A stretch of 51,082 bases of DNA, filler included, from Dimargaris cristalligena (taxonomy: Eukaryota): assembly GCA_003614675.1 (NCBI GenBank). It is 2 parts of 2 records of this genome, joined end to end, with 100 filler letters (N's around TTAATTAATTAA, not from the genome) between each part and the next. Parts side by side here need not be neighbours in the genome. Positions count along the whole stretch, not along the records: positions 25,612 to 51,082 come from ML002561.1; 1 more part is not named here. The stretch is one strand, 5' to 3'. Below, piece by piece: positions 32,135 through 45,686 of the stretch. The notes under the pieces are model-generated. The model worked only from the letters and a program-made list of their open reading frames with translations, had not been told where the DNA came from and did not search any database. How positions within the stretch are numbered: position 1 is the first letter of the stretch; the number at the start of each line of letters is the position of its first letter. The position numbers and the translations under genes are program-made.

Positions 32135-34909
32135 CTAGGCAATATCACCCACGGGAGCAGCGATAACGGACGAGTCGGATGCTTGGGCTTGTTGAGCCAT
32201 GTTCCACATCTTACTATAAATACCACCCCGGGCCACTAACTCCAAGTGGGTGCCAGTTTCGGCCACCCGACCGTGATCCAGGACAATAATTTGGTCGGCA
32301 TCCCTAATCGTGCTGAGCCGGTGGGCAAGGATGACTGTAGTGCGGGTTTTGCCGGAGCGTCGAATATGTTCCATAATTTTAGTTTCGGAAATGCTATCGA
32401 GGGCTGCTGTGGCCTCATCCAATAGAAGGATGGGCGCCTGCTTAACCAGGGCCCGGGCCAGTCCCATCCGCTGCAATTCACCGCCACTCATGGCACCCCC
32501 TTGCGCATCGAAGGGGCTGTCGAAACCATGTGGTAGGGCCATGATCTTGTCGCATAATCCCACCGACCGAGCTGCGCTGATCACATCCGCGCGGGACACC
32601 AGTTTATTTTGGCAAATTGCACCGTAGGCGATGTTGAAGTAAATCGACCCCGGAAACCCCGTAAAAAATTGGTTAACGAGGGCCATTTGGGACCTTAGTT
32701 CACGTTGGGCCATCCTGCGGATATCCACACCGCCAATTAGAATGGCCCCACTTGACACGTCCATCATACGCATAATCAAGTTGAGTATGGTAGATTTACC
32801 GTGGCCACTAATTCCGACAATGGCCGTGGTACGCCCGACTGGAATGGAGAAGTTAAGATCTTTCAGAACGGGGGTTCGGACGTCGTATGCGAATGATACA
32901 TTTCGAAATTCAATTGTATCGCCGTCGGCGAGATGGAATGGGATGGTCTGAGCGCTGTCGTCATCCGGAGTGTCGCCAGTCTGGTATATTTTTTCTATTA
33001 AATCCTTATGCCTGGTGGTGGTTTTGAACTCTACAATTAGAAAGTTGGCCAGTTTGCTGATTTTCTCGGCAATGAGATCATAGGCATGAATAATAAAGAG
33101 GCACTCGGTGTGGGATATGCTACCTGCATGTAATTTCTTAATACAAAATGCTACCCATAGGAAATACAATGCGCGGCTCAGGAGTGTGCTATAGAAGACT
33201 TGGGGAAATGCTGCACTGGCCTCCTCCACCTGCCAGTGCTTCGGGAGATGCTGAATGAGCTGTTGGTATTCAAACTGTTCGCTGTTCAGTAGTTTGTGAC
33301 TGCGGCTATACCCAAGTCGAGAAAGAACATTCGCCGGGTGGAATACACTCGCCACACTCCACGGAGTATTGAGAACATAGGCCAAATAATGGGCATAATT
33401 AATGAAACAGTTCAGGGATAAGTATATCAGAGCCAGAAATACAATTTCAAACCCAGTTGTTTGCCCCACACTGATCAGGAGAAAACTGACACCTGTCAAA
33501 CATCCCATCAGCTGAAGTAGACTCGTGTGGAAATGTTTGACTAAATCCACATACCACGTCAAGTAATACATCGGATACGCCAGAGGACAACTCAGTTCCC
33601 GATTTAACTCAAGTATACGGCTGTAGACATTTTGACTCCAATGATTACGCATCAGTCGGTCACAATGTGCGATGATCCAATGGAAGACAGCTGGCAGGAT
33701 TTCACTGATAACCTGGCTCGGGAAATAGTAATAGCACCAATAACCGACAATGGTGGTGGTCTGGGTCACGACACTGGCCTGAAATTGAAGATGAGCCTGT
33801 GATTGAAGATGAGCCAGACCTTCGCGAATTAGGCCCAGGAAGAAAAGCAGAGCTGTGCCAATGTAAACCTCCCGATTGAATAACATTGAAGAGACTATGG
33901 TTGAGTAGATGTTAATTTCATCAAAGAAGAACGAAGGTTCGTGTGGACTAATATCGGGGTTCGTCTCGGTTAGGTCTCTGCAAGGTAATTCTGGCGGGCC
34001 GGCCAGCTTCCAGTATGCCAAATTGAGGGTGCGACTCGTATATTTATCAAGTTCGATTTCGCGAAGCAACCTGGCCAAATTTGTCCATGCTAATCCGGAT
34101 GGTTGGCTTATAATAAGGGTGGATTTCGTACAGCAGGATGGTCCCATTATACAAAGGTCCGGAAAACACCAGAATATGCAGCGGGCAGCCCATGCAGGAA
34201 TTTGGGTCAGGGCAGTGGCAAGACCGATGCCAATGATTGGAATGCCATAGTAGCGGTGAAAGTGGAACTGCTGAATGGTGATGCCCGCGATTAGGGTAGC
34301 CCATACAATGGTTGAGCCAAGAGTGCAAACTGATATCAGTGGCAAGTGGAAAATATTTCCACAGCACAGAGCTACAGCGGTGACTTCGGCCAGGGCCATG
34401 CCCAGGTTGACCAGCCAAAACTCGAGATGCATGGTACCGCGGAGGCTCAAACGGTAAAGCCACAGGGTGGTGTCCAACTGGGTAACTGGCCGCGAACTCC
34501 GGCGCTGATAAAGGAAATGGCCCCAGGCCACGGTTAAAGCTATACCACGTAATGCCCCACATGCAAGCTGTAGCTGTACGGCAGGGAATCCTCTGCTACC
34601 GGACCACCCAACTAGGGCTACGGCGTGGATTAAGGCCAGTAGGGTTTGTACACATATACTTGCACAAATGGCTACGCGTTGGATGTTTTCTAAACGAACG
34701 TTAATGATCAATTGGCGTTCTTTAGGGACCACTGGGTAGGGTAACGAGCGGAAGCCCTCCGGGACGCTTGCTGCCACTCGATAGGAAGGGCTGCTTTGGA
34801 AGTGCAGGAATCGGCGGAGATAGACTGTTGAACTAATAACCGCAAGGCTGGATCCTATAGGGCCCCCAAGTAGGAGGAATGCGTCCCCAAGAGAGGTAAG
34901 GGCGGTCAT
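32135..34909 (-). CDS. ABCB-family half transporter (HMT1/ATM1-like NBD) with long hydrophobic N-terminal region
   Basis: IEFRNVSFAY, Walker A GISGHGKST, Q-loop LVNQ, signature MSGGELQR, Walker B ILLLDEATAALD, H-loop AHRLSTI, ETGTHLEL. First ATG at 34909 (the ORF-track start 34936 is TTG). Apparently intronless. Confidence 0.85.
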   Translation of the reverse strand: MTALTSLGDAFLLLGGPIGSSLAVISSTVYLRRFLHFQSSPSYRVAASVPEGFRSLPYPVVPKERQLIINVRLENIQRVAICASICVQTLLALIHAVALVGWSGSRGFPAVQLQLACGALRGIALTVAWGHFLYQRRSSRPVTQLDTTLWLYRLSLRGTMHLEFWLVNLGMALAEVTAVALCCGNIFHLPLISVCTLGSTIVWATLIAGITIQQFHFHRYYGIPIIGIGLATALTQIPAWAARCIFWCFPDLCIMGPSCCTKSTLIISQPSGLAWTNLARLLREIELDKYTSRTLNLAYWKLAGPPELPCRDLTETNPDISPHEPSFFFDEINIYSTIVSSMLFNREVYIGTALLFFLGLIREGLAHLQSQAHLQFQASVVTQTTTIVGYWCYYYFPSQVISEILPAVFHWIIAHCDRLMRNHWSQNVYSRILELNRELSCPLAYPMYYLTWYVDLVKHFHTSLLQLMGCLTGVSFLLISVGQTTGFEIVFLALIYLSLNCFINYAHYLAYVLNTPWSVASVFHPANVLSRLGYSRSHKLLNSEQFEYQQLIQHLPKHWQVEEASAAFPQVFYSTLLSRALYFLWVAFCIKKLHAGSISHTECLFIIHAYDLIAEKISKLANFLIVEFKTTTRHKDLIEKIYQTGDTPDDDSAQTIPFHLADGDTIEFRNVSFAYDVRTPVLKDLNFSIPVGRTTAIVGISGHGKSTILNLIMRMMDVSSGAILIGGVDIRRMAQRELRSQMALVNQFFTGFPGSIYFNIAYGAICQNKLVSRADVISAARSVGLCDKIMALPHGFDSPFDAQGGAMSGGELQRMGLARALVKQAPILLLDEATAALDSISETKIMEHIRRSGKTRTTVILAHRLSTIRDADQIIVLDHGRVAETGTHLELVARGGIYSKMWNMAQQAQASDSSVIAAPVGDIA

Positions 34910-36472
34910 CGCTTCGGTGTAGAGCCGGAATGACAACGCGTGAGGATTGCTCTTGGCAAATACCTGGAGGACCAGGAGAACGGGTGGTTAGTAAAAGAAA
35001 ACCAGAGACTCGGATAGGTAGCGCACAGTGGTCAAATTGTCGGTATAAATAAAACAATAGCCTATTTATTATCCGGGACCGGGATATAAGGGAAAAGGTT
35101 ACAGGTTGGAGAGAGATATAAGGGTTCCTTATATAGTCCAACCACTCGGGGAATTGATTTATTGGGTTACGTGATTCCAGTTGTAGCCACCTACGCCCAC
35201 AATTCACCTAATCCATTCAAGAATTGGGCGGACATTCCTGGGTATAGTCTTACCATGCAACATACCCTGCGGAATACGCACTTTCCATAGTACCACGGCA
35301 TATTCTGCAGGTTTCCGCTATTTGGCGTGAGCTACTGTTTGAAAGGGACTCGTGTGAACGTCAGGGTGAGAAAGGACCGGTTCCCCGCACTAAGCTGTCT
35401 TCGTCAACAATATACCACTGGGAAACAATAGAAATGCTATCCATGAGTCCGCAGTCCACCATTGCATAATTGAATTAAAATGCCAGATATTCAGTATATT
35501 AGTATCGGGGAAATTACCAGCCCCCGGAAGTTCTCCATAAACTAATCAGTGGACGCCTGTAACTCGCCTGTGACGGCACAACACGGTTATAATGGATTAT
35601 AGCGCTTCTACAATACAGCTGTGGTGATTGCACTTCCTGCCAGTGCCCAAGCCAAACATGTGCAGTAACTATAGGGAATGGGTGGGACAGCTTGCTTGTG
35701 ACAGTCTGTCATGGAATAGATCCCTTATGGTGTGTGTGGTGACGCTGTCTTGACATAAATTATGGCACTAATCCTGGACTTGTCGATTTGCCCAATTGGC
35801 AAACCAGCTAAAGACCCCATAATCCAATATGTATAGGGGCTTTTGTTGCCTCACGACTAAGTGGGATACATATTGGGTGAGATTCGACCCGGTGGTCTCC
35901 AGCAAAAATGCTTATTACGGGCCATTCTTTTCCGATTATAGGTGAGCGTGCCTCGTTTAATCATTTCCCCTCTCCCTTTCAGATGAAGTAGGGTTTTATT
36001 TAAAGTGAATCTAAGGCAGGCGACCTTACCCTCTCCCTTTCAAACGGAATACAATTGGATTGAACTTATCCCATGTTCTTAGCTCAGCTGCCTGGTTACA
36101 TATGTACTGCAATGGACTGCCTTCATTGCCGCAGTGTATCGCTGTGTCAATGTTCAGCCAACCAGAAGGAGGGTGACTTTGCCTTTTCCACTAGGCATTA
36201 ATGAACACCAAGGCGAAATCTACTCGGCACACGATTCAACATGCGGAGTATATTTCTTTACCGTTATATCTCACATGCTTTCCTACTTTTTGCCCATTCA
36301 CACCAAAACATCCTGTTCCTGTTATACTCGTTTCCAACCTCCTCAAACGCAGTCTCCTCAGCCAACTCGGGAGCTTCTTTGGCCCACATCCTACTACCGC
36401 TAAGCCGCTGTCCTCTGGTCGATTTGCACAGCCAACGTCAGGCGTGCGGTAAACTCCGCCATTCGAGTCGAC

Positions 36473-39400
36473 ATGGATCTAACCACTGGGGTAGGTCCCG
36501 GGTCCTTACCTCCGCACAATTCCGAATGGACCTCGGAGTACCGAGCGGAAATCCAGCAGTACTACGATTTGGTACAAGCCTACATCCATGACTTTCTGCC
36601 CACTCTGCTTGACCCCCAGCGGCGCCAAACTCCTGGTAAGTCCCATTCCACGTCAATTATTCCTTCATATAGACCCTACTAAGTCGTTTGCCGTTTCACT
36701 ATCATTGCCGCTGTCCCTCTCTCGATCTGGATCAATCTCATACCAGAAACTGGCCTATAGGTTAAGAGTCGACAACCTATCCCTCGCTAATACCCAACCT
36801 ATGTTAACCGATTCGTATATGCGGTATTTTTCTTATCTGATTGAAAATTCTAATACGGGGACTTTTTTACGGCTTACATTAGAGATCAATGCCGAACTAG
36901 TCCGTAACGCCCATAGTATTTTAAAGCTCATCCGACACGTATTTCAGTGCGTACCGGATATAATACACTGGCCCTCACCACCCGACCCCACTCGTCCGGC
37001 CATCGATCTGCCCCTACTCCACTTTGCTCTAGTGGTTCTGAAAGATTCCCAGCTTGTAACCGCCCACGCCTTAGCGATTGAATGTCTTCAAACATTGGCC
37101 ACCACGCTTCTCATGAAGTCCCCCGCGCTCTATCGCTTCGACCGTTTTGTTACCGATCTTTTAAATATTTTTACGCTGACTTACCGTCGACTACGGCCCG
37201 GTCGATCCAAGTCTAATTCGAACCGTCGGTTTAAAATCCCTTTACCTAAACCCCCCCAGCCGACTGTATCTAACGAGGCCATTAGTCCGCCAGATAGTGA
37301 TGTGACTATAGAGTCAACCGAGGAGATTTTTAGACTTTTAACGGGCCTTGTACGTACGCTCATCGCCATTTTTAGCGATCCTGAAGGAGTTGTCGCCGAC
37401 AGCCTACCTCGGCCATCCAAGTCTCCGGCCGTCTGTGCTATTCTGAACCATTATTTTACTCGCCATCCCCGATCCTTAGGTGACGTGCCCGAAGGAGCAA
37501 TTGGGAACCATATAGAACTATGGGCCAAACTACTTCAATTTTTGCTCTTGGTCCACGACGGTAGCGGTTTTACTTTTATCGAGCCTGTATTTAACACCTC
37601 CGTGCTGCAATTGGTTCTAGCCGGAGTTGGCCAGTGGGTCACCCGAGTTGGCTTGGACCCTGAATTAAGCCCCATCGCCCGTACCGAGGGCACCTTGCTG
37701 ATACAAGCGGCCGGCCATATACTGACGAAATACACGAATCACCCCCAGTTCCACCCCCTGCTAGTGCAGCAATGTCACATGGTTGACCAGTGTGTACAGG
37801 AAATGCAGACCTGTGGTGAATTGGTCGGTAAATGGACCCGACCCTGGTTCCTCAGCATGTTGAACTGCCTGACTTGCCTTGCCTCCACCTATGAGTTGAG
37901 TATCCCGAGGGGGTTTTCACAGGTCTCCCACCCGGCGATGCCTGGGAAGCGTAAGCGCCGAGTATCGAGTAAATCCGACAGCCCCCAACCAATGGTACTT
38001 GATACCCCTCTTGACTCTGGTAAAAAACAGCGCTGGGGTAGTCCCGCCAATACTATTCCCGCTAATGAGCATCCTCCTTTGGCGCCACTGAACGAGACGC
38101 CTGGCCACATAACCGCTTCTTCGGAATTAGTATCTCCACTATGGGACCCAACGCAGGTCGACGATTTCCGCCAGCTTCCGGCGACGCTAATTACGCACCT
38201 CCAGCAAACAGCTCGATCACTTAATCTGATAGATCCGGCATCCCCCACCCCTCTATCTTTTGCGGCCCAATATGTCAAGGATCTCCTGCCCATTGTTTAC
38301 CGTCCGTGGCCAGCCAGGGTCAAAGAGGCACTCGAAGAGTTTTTCGTACAATGCATCCTGGTCCTGATGCAGAAGTGGCTTAGGCAAGTGCTACTGGCAT
38401 ACCAAAGCCCCAAGGCAGATGGGCACTTGTCTCAAGATACTCTGAAACCCCTCGTTAGTATTCTAGGCACTGTCACCGACTGGTTTACTCAATCCGATTT
38501 TCAGCCCACTACTCAGTTGAATACGGACCTCTTGCCGCTATTGCTTCTGCCTTTTTTGGCAGACCCGGTAGCTAGAGAAGCCATTGACGACTGGGTCAAT
38601 GTAGTTCCACTAGATACCTGTGACTGGGCTGGAGAATCCGTAGTATTCACGATTCCCGATCAATTGCGGGTTCTGCAGACGGTCGACGCCTTGGCCGGGA
38701 CTGGCGAGGAACGGAGGCCCGCGTGGCATCCTGGATGCTGGGAGCGGCTTGCCCCCTTGGCCGTTTACCAGACGGATGTGATTCGACTATTATCCCACTT
38801 ATCTGCTAGCAGCTGGCCAGCTCACCAAGTTTTATTATTCGGCTGGGCGCTTCGGATCCCGATAGATCCCATCTGCTCGGAGGCTCTTCAGGCCAGTCGA
38901 CTGGCAGCCTGGGCCGGTCTTCCGCTCTTGATAACTAAATTTCGACCGCAAAGCAGGGTTTGGTCTTACCTGTACCCATTAATGCAACTGGCTGTGGACG
39001 ACCCTTACGATGTTCTTTGGACCGCCACTTCCAGTCTTAGTGTACTTGGATGTGCCCTTAGCGGTGCTCTTCGGCTTTCCGTTTCCTCGGTGTCGAAGGT
39101 GGCTCCGAACTCCATCTGCCAGGTTTGCCAGACCTGCCTCCCCGAAACCCAGGACCAACCAGAAATCGCCGACGCTGACCTATCTTGGTTATCAACGGGA
39201 CCGCCTATTACCCCAGTGTCCGTTTCACTGGCCCTATGGAACCGGTATTGGTTTATTATTGCCCAGCGCCAGGAACCGAAGCTCCGGATGGCTTTTGGCC
39301 GGGCTCTAGCCCGGTGCCTATTCCATGCCCCCCTTGTCGATTTCGGAATGACGGATGAGGCCCGTCGTGGACTGACCCAGCTGGTGGATTCAATCAAACC

Positions 39401-42400
39401 CCCCATCCCTCGGGGTTGGCCACCTCCGAGCCCCTCCCATATGAGCGACCACGAGGAACATTCAGCTTGTCGCTTTCCCGAACAGTGCCTACGGTATTTA
39501 TCATCATCGCTTCCCGGTTTAGGGGTCCTTCTGGGCGATATCCTGTGTGTGTTGGCCCAGATTCCCGATCACTGCCTGCCTCCAGGGGTGGAGCCCCATC
39601 TGCTTGACCCAACCCGTACCCTTAACCAACGCGCACTCGTTAAACATATTTTGGATATGTTAGATGTGACCCCACCCAGCACCGAAGCCAATCTATTGGC
39701 CATATTAGGTCGCATCGGATCAATGCGTCCAGATAATTGCCCCCTGTTAGGGCCTATCCTCAAAGCCCTTTTAGAACGAATTTTACAGAGCAACCTCTAC
39801 CTACGGTCGGTGGCCTATACCCAACTGGAGACTCTGGCCCGCGTCCGCCAAACCACCCTCCCCGATCTCTTCCGGCCGTTTAGTGCCGCGTTTAGTGTGT
39901 TTTTGACCCAGTGCTGGGAGGTTCAACCCGCCGCCGCCGATCGGGCCATGCGACTGTTGGGTCAGCCGCTGGCCCAATTTCTAACACAACACCTGGACCA
40001 TATACTTCCCGAATTGTTTGCCATGACGCGGGACACTACCCTGATGGCCGTTGCCCAAGTACTCCAGCAGGATCTCCCGGTGCTTTGTATCAATCACGCC
40101 CATACCATCCTGTCCCATCTCTTTCTCCTACCATCCGATCGGGTACCCCCGGCCATGCGTTTGTTCCTCACCGTGGCTACCCGTGACTCCCATAACATCA
40201 CCCTGACCAATATCATCCGGTCTTGCTCGCTACAATTGGTCATTCGACTTACCGATGGCCTAGGCGACTCGGATAATGCCCAGCGTGCTCGGGCAGCCAA
40301 TGCCCTGAGAATGGTGCTGGAGAAATTGGACGATAAGGGAGGGCCCCCAACGCCCACAGCTACCGATACCAATGTTGCACCAGGGCAGGCCAGGTCGACC
40401 GCTACGGGGGTCGTCGAAGGGTCAACGATGGGTAAGTGGGGGTCTCTAGATGAGCCTCTCGCGTCTTTGTTGCTGAACAAATATTTCCTCGGAATCCTGA
40501 CACACATGAATGAGCTACTAAGTGCGCCTTCCTCCATGGTACCTTCGACGGGTTCCCACTCACCGGGGCACAAGGCCCGTGATACGGTCACATCTAATCG
40601 GAAATGCCGAACTTTACGTAGTCTCATTGAGTTGATTAAACTGGTCGGTCCCGCCATCCAGCAAGTGGCCTCGCATATCAATGCCACCTTGCGGGCCACG
40701 CTGGTAGACGTCGATTTGCGGGATGCGACCCTGGAGGCCTGGCACGCCCTCATTCTGTCATTAAAGAAGGCCCATCTAGCGCCCCACCTCAACCATCTAC
40801 TAGCCACTTTCGGGACGGTGTATCCCCATTGCACCCCCCGGCAGTGTACGCTTATACACAAAACCTTGGACTATCTTCTGCTGGATAGCCAAACTGCCCT
40901 GGCGGCCCAGGGCGGTCGATTCTGTTTATTGCCCACCCAGGAAGAGGCCTTTGTACCTTATAATCTGGTCATATGGTCGGCTCGGGGGTCCCTTTCCATC
41001 CCTGAACACCTGCAACTGCTGAACACCATCATGGCCGACGAGAACCAGCAAGTCGCCGAATTAGCTGTGGCTGAATTACGGGAACTCCTGCTCAAGTACC
41101 CCGCCGACGTGCACCGGCTGGTCGTGGCAGAACGAATCGATCCTAGTGTAGTCCATACCATTCAGAGTTTACTCCGGTTATGCACTCGAATCAATGGCGC
41201 CGGGCGTGGCGCGGCGAGATGCAGTGCTGAATGCCTGGGCTTATTGGGCGCGATTGATCCGACTCGGCTGACAGCCATCCGGGCTGACCCCACATCAGAA
41301 TTTACCGCCGAGGTTCGCTCATCCACGGACCGACCACCCGGCTACGATTTGGCAACGGCCGACAACCGATTCGACTTTATGTGCTACTTCTTGGAAACCT
41401 ATTTGGTCCATGGATTTCGATCGGCCAAAACCCCCCAGGAACAAGGCTACTTTGCCTATGCCATCCAGGAGCTTCTGAAGGAATGTCGATTTACCCCTCA
41501 GACGGTGGGTACGGCAGCCGATTCCATCGTACTAACCCAGGAGGCACTGCTCCCCATTGGTCCCCGGACTAACCGGCGGTCGTCATCGGCGGGTCCCCCA
41601 GTCCGTGCCCCCGACGAAAGGGATCAGATATTGTATCGACGCTGGATGATGTTCCCTGAGCCGGTACGGGATACACTACAAACCCTCTTAGATACCAAGT
41701 ACTCCATCCATCCTGCCCCGGCGCCCGACGTACGCCGACCCATATTTCCCGAGCAAACCGACCACCGCATTTGGCTCAAGAAGTGGGTCCTCGATTTGAT
41801 TGCGCAGATCCCGATTGCTTCCATTCGGGATATTTTCGGAGTTTGTCGCAATGTTATCCGGTACGAAGACGATAATCAAGTGGCCCTATTCGTCCTTCCC
41901 TATTTACTGTTGTTGACGTTGTCGAATGGTCGAGAAAAATCTGTACAGAATGCCGTGGAAGAAGTCCAGACTATCCTAGCCAGCACCCGTAAGGACAGTG
42001 GGACCGGTAACTACCCACAGTTATGCGCACAGGTAAGTTCGAATGAACAGGGTTGGTCAATTTTAAACAACAGAAGAATTAGTCAAATTTATAATGCTTT
42101 TGCATTTTTTTGCACTTAACGAATTATTGTTCTAGGTACCATTTATTGATGGTTGGATATGTATTGGCTTATTCCGTGACCGCGTTTTAACCCGGTGGTT
42201 CTATGATTCAATATTTTGTTTTTCTAGACCCTGTTTCATGTCATAGACCAATTTAACCTATGGGCCATTCAGGAGCAACAGCAAGTCCGGAAACCCAGTG
42301 GCGACCTGCCTCCGCACCCTACTACGGGACTTTCCAATCGAGCCCCCATTTCCCGTGCTAGCTCAAGCAATTCAACGGCGGGACCCGCGGTGACGGATCT

Positions 42401-45400
42401 CGGTAGCCCTTTTGCCCAAGCGGTATCGGCCGCCCAGGCTCGTCTGCAAATCATTCCCCAACCCACTCTGGCGAGTGCGGCAATGGCCTGTGGGGTAGGG
42501 GCTCGGGCTATCCAGCATTTGGAAAATGCCTACTACCAACTAGAGTCTAGCGGCGACAAGCAGGGCGGGGTTGAGTTTCTCCGTATGTTGCTGCAAGTGT
42601 ATAGTCAGATGAATGATTCGGATGGAACCGAGGGGGTATCGACCCTTCTCCCACACGTTACGACCGATGACCAAATCGTACTTTTTGAATCCACAGGACG
42701 GTGGATCTCGGCCCAGGCCTGCTACGAGCTCAAGCTCAAGCAAAAGAGCGACTCGAAGGATACCCAGCTGGGATTCGCCCGCTGCCTCAAAAACATGGGC
42801 CACTTGGAAAGTCTCCTTACCCATATCCGCGGGTTATTGGCGGAACATGAGGATTGGCAAACCGAGCTGCAACCCCTGGCCGCTGAAGCCGCTTGGCGAC
42901 TGGGTAAATGGGATGCCCTGGAGGACCTATTGCCCGACTCGGCACAGCCCAAGACGAAAGCCATCAGCCGGTATTCATTCGAAGTGGCTCTTGGCCGGCT
43001 TCTCTTGTCCCTCCGACACGCCGACCGGGCGGGGTTCCAAAACCTACTTGATGAGACGCGAGAGTGGGTCCTGACCGATTTGGCTGTTGCGAGTAAAGAG
43101 TCCTACCTACGGAGCTATCCGGAGATTCTCCGGCTCCATATGCTGCGTGAACTGGAGGCCGCGGCAGGTATCCAGCCCCTAGTGCTTGAGCCGTCCCCCA
43201 CCGAGCACACAACTGACCCAACCACAGCGATGGAAACCCTATTTCAGGACTGGGAACGTCGCCTCGACGTAACTATGCCGCTGTTCCCAATCCGTGAGCC
43301 CATTCTCAGTCTGCGTCGGGTGATCACCCGGATCGTCCGGAACCGCACCAGTGTATCGGTCCCTGCTTCCGCATTATCCCCAGGACCAGCCACGACACTG
43401 TCCCTACCTTCTTTGACCTCCGTCCAGGCGCTTGCTCAGGAAGAGTATGCCCGCATGTGGCTACTGACGGCCAAAAACGCCCGCAAAGACGGCTACCTCC
43501 AAACGGCATTCAGCGCCCTCCTCAGTGCCAGCGAAGTTGACGAGAATCAAGTCAGCATCGAACGGGCCAAGTGGTACTGGGCTAGCCAGCAGAGTCGCCT
43601 GGCCTTCCGGGAACTCCAACAAGCGATTGAACGTCACACCCAACACCTCACACTCCCGCCCAAGTCGCCTACTACTAATCCGGGCCAGCCCGAAGGAACC
43701 ACCCCCGATAGCGCCGCCGATAAGTTTATTATCGCCAAATCGAACCTTCTCCTGGCCAAATGGCTGGTGGCCACCAGCGGCTCCAGTAGCAGTACCATTA
43801 TCGCCAAATTTGACGAGATTGTGCGCCTCCAACCGCGTTGGGAAAAGGCGTTTGTTTCCACCGGCCGCTACTATAATAAGTTCCTGAGTATTATTAAACA
43901 GCGGGACCAATTGCCCGGCAGTGGAGGGTCGGACCAAAGTGTGAGTGTCCACCCCGAGGTGGTAATTTATCTCATCTGCCGCAACTACAGCAAAGCCCTG
44001 ACCTTCGGTAGCAAGTATATTTACCAAACCATGCCCCGCTTACTGACAGTCTGGTTGAATTTTGGGGCGGAGGTGGACGCGGCCAAGAAGACTGCCAGTC
44101 CGGCAGCGGAAGAACGCCTGCGCTTTTTGTCCCGCATCAACAATACGATCCAAAGTATGGCCAAGCGACAGCCCACCTACCAATTCCTAACGGCCTTCCC
44201 CCAGATTGTCTCCTGGATCCTGCACCCCAACGACCAAGTATTCGCCATCTTAGAGAATATCATTATATCGGTTCTCATTGTGTTCCCGCACCAGGCCCTC
44301 TGGGCCATGATTGCCGTCGCGCAGTCCACCGTGAGCAAGCGGGCCAACCGCTGCTTCGCCATATTCGCCAAGGTTAAGTCAGACCCCACGGCCATGTACA
44401 AGCGACTTCGTGTGGGGGAACTTATCGAAGAGGCCACTCACTTTACCAACGCCTTGACCGACCTTTGTAACCACCCCGTACCCGCCAAAGTAACGACCCT
44501 GAGTTTCAACAAGGAGTTCCGGCGCCTGATGCGTATGACCCCCCTCAATCTACTGGTCCCGCTCCAATCCAGTCTTACGGTCACCCTACCCACGTCGTCC
44601 CAAACCCTCATGACCCACAATCCGTTCCCGGGGACCTTACCGGCCATCAGCGGGTTCCAGGATACCATCGAAGTCCTGCACTCCCTACAGAAACCCAAAA
44701 AACTGACCATCCTGGGAAGCGACGGCCAGTCGTATACGTTCCTTTGCAAACCCAAAGATGACTTGCGTAAAGATGCGCGAACCATGGAATTCAACACCAT
44801 GATCAACAAACTCCTACTGAAGGATACCGAATCGCGGCGGCGCCAACTCCATATTCGCACCTACGCGGTTATTCCGCTGAGTGAAGACTGCGGGCTCATT
44901 GAGTGGGTACCCCATACCACCGGCTTCCGGCATATTATTATGAATAACTACCGCCGGCGTAACTGCATGGTCCCCATGGCCCGAATTCGAACTCTACTGG
45001 AACGCACTGACCCCGCCCCGGCGGAGGTATTTGAGAAACAGATTCTACCGCTCTTTCCCCCCGTATTCCACGAGTGGTTCCTGGCCCGGTTCCCCGATCC
45101 CTCTGAGTGGCTGGTAAGCCGCCAGCACTATATCCGCACCACCGCCGTTATGTCCATGGTGGGGTTCATTTTGGGACTGGGCGACCGACACGGCGAGAAT
45201 ATCCTGTTCGATGAGACCAACGGGGACTGCGTGCACGTCGATTTTAGTTGCCTTTTCGAAAAGGGGCTGACGCTCGAGAAACCCGAGCGCGTCCCGTTCC
45301 GACTGACACATAATATGGTCCGCGCTATGGGGGTCACCGGCTATGAAGGCCCGTTCCGCCGCACTTGCGAAGTCACCATGACCCTCCTGCGGGCCCACCG

Positions 45401-45686
45401 GGACTCGCTGATGTGCGTCTTGGAGACGTTCCTGTTGGACCCCTTGTGCGAATGGAGTCGACCGACGGTGGCCGCGGCGGGACGGTCGGCCCAACGGGTG
45501 GCTGCCGTGGAAGCCCAAAACCGGCTGGCGGTGATTAACTTGAGCAAAATTAAACGAAAGCTGGATGGCTGGTTGCGCAACTCGATTCCTATATCGGTGG
45601 AGGGCCAGGTGGACCACTTAATCAGCCAGGCTACGTCCTCGGCGGAACTGTTCCACATGTATATTGGTTGGGCGGCCTATCTATGA
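36473..45686 (+). CDS. MEC1: PIKK checkpoint kinase Mec1/Rad3/ATR (about 2920 aa); exons 36473-36635, 36883-42032 and 42228-45686
   Basis: CLGLLGAIDP, FAYAIQELLK, FAT-region motifs (AAWRLGKWD, YQTMPRLLTVWL), kinase LCKPKDDLRKDAR, LGLGDRHGENIL, HVDFSCLF, PERVPFRLTHNM, FATC ending MYIGWAAYL*. Introns 36636-36882 and 42033-42227 are in frame. Exact start is uncertain. Confidence 0.95.

Noticed and set aside
32135-34909. ABC transporter as exporter of the repeat peptides
   Set aside because: The precursors have signal-like peptides (ER/Golgi route), and the transporter lies more than 14 kb away across an artificial assembly linker.
36134-36472. Extra upstream MEC1 exon (ATG at 36201)
   Set aside because: No clear canonical donor/acceptor pair joining it in frame; left as uncertainty in the start.
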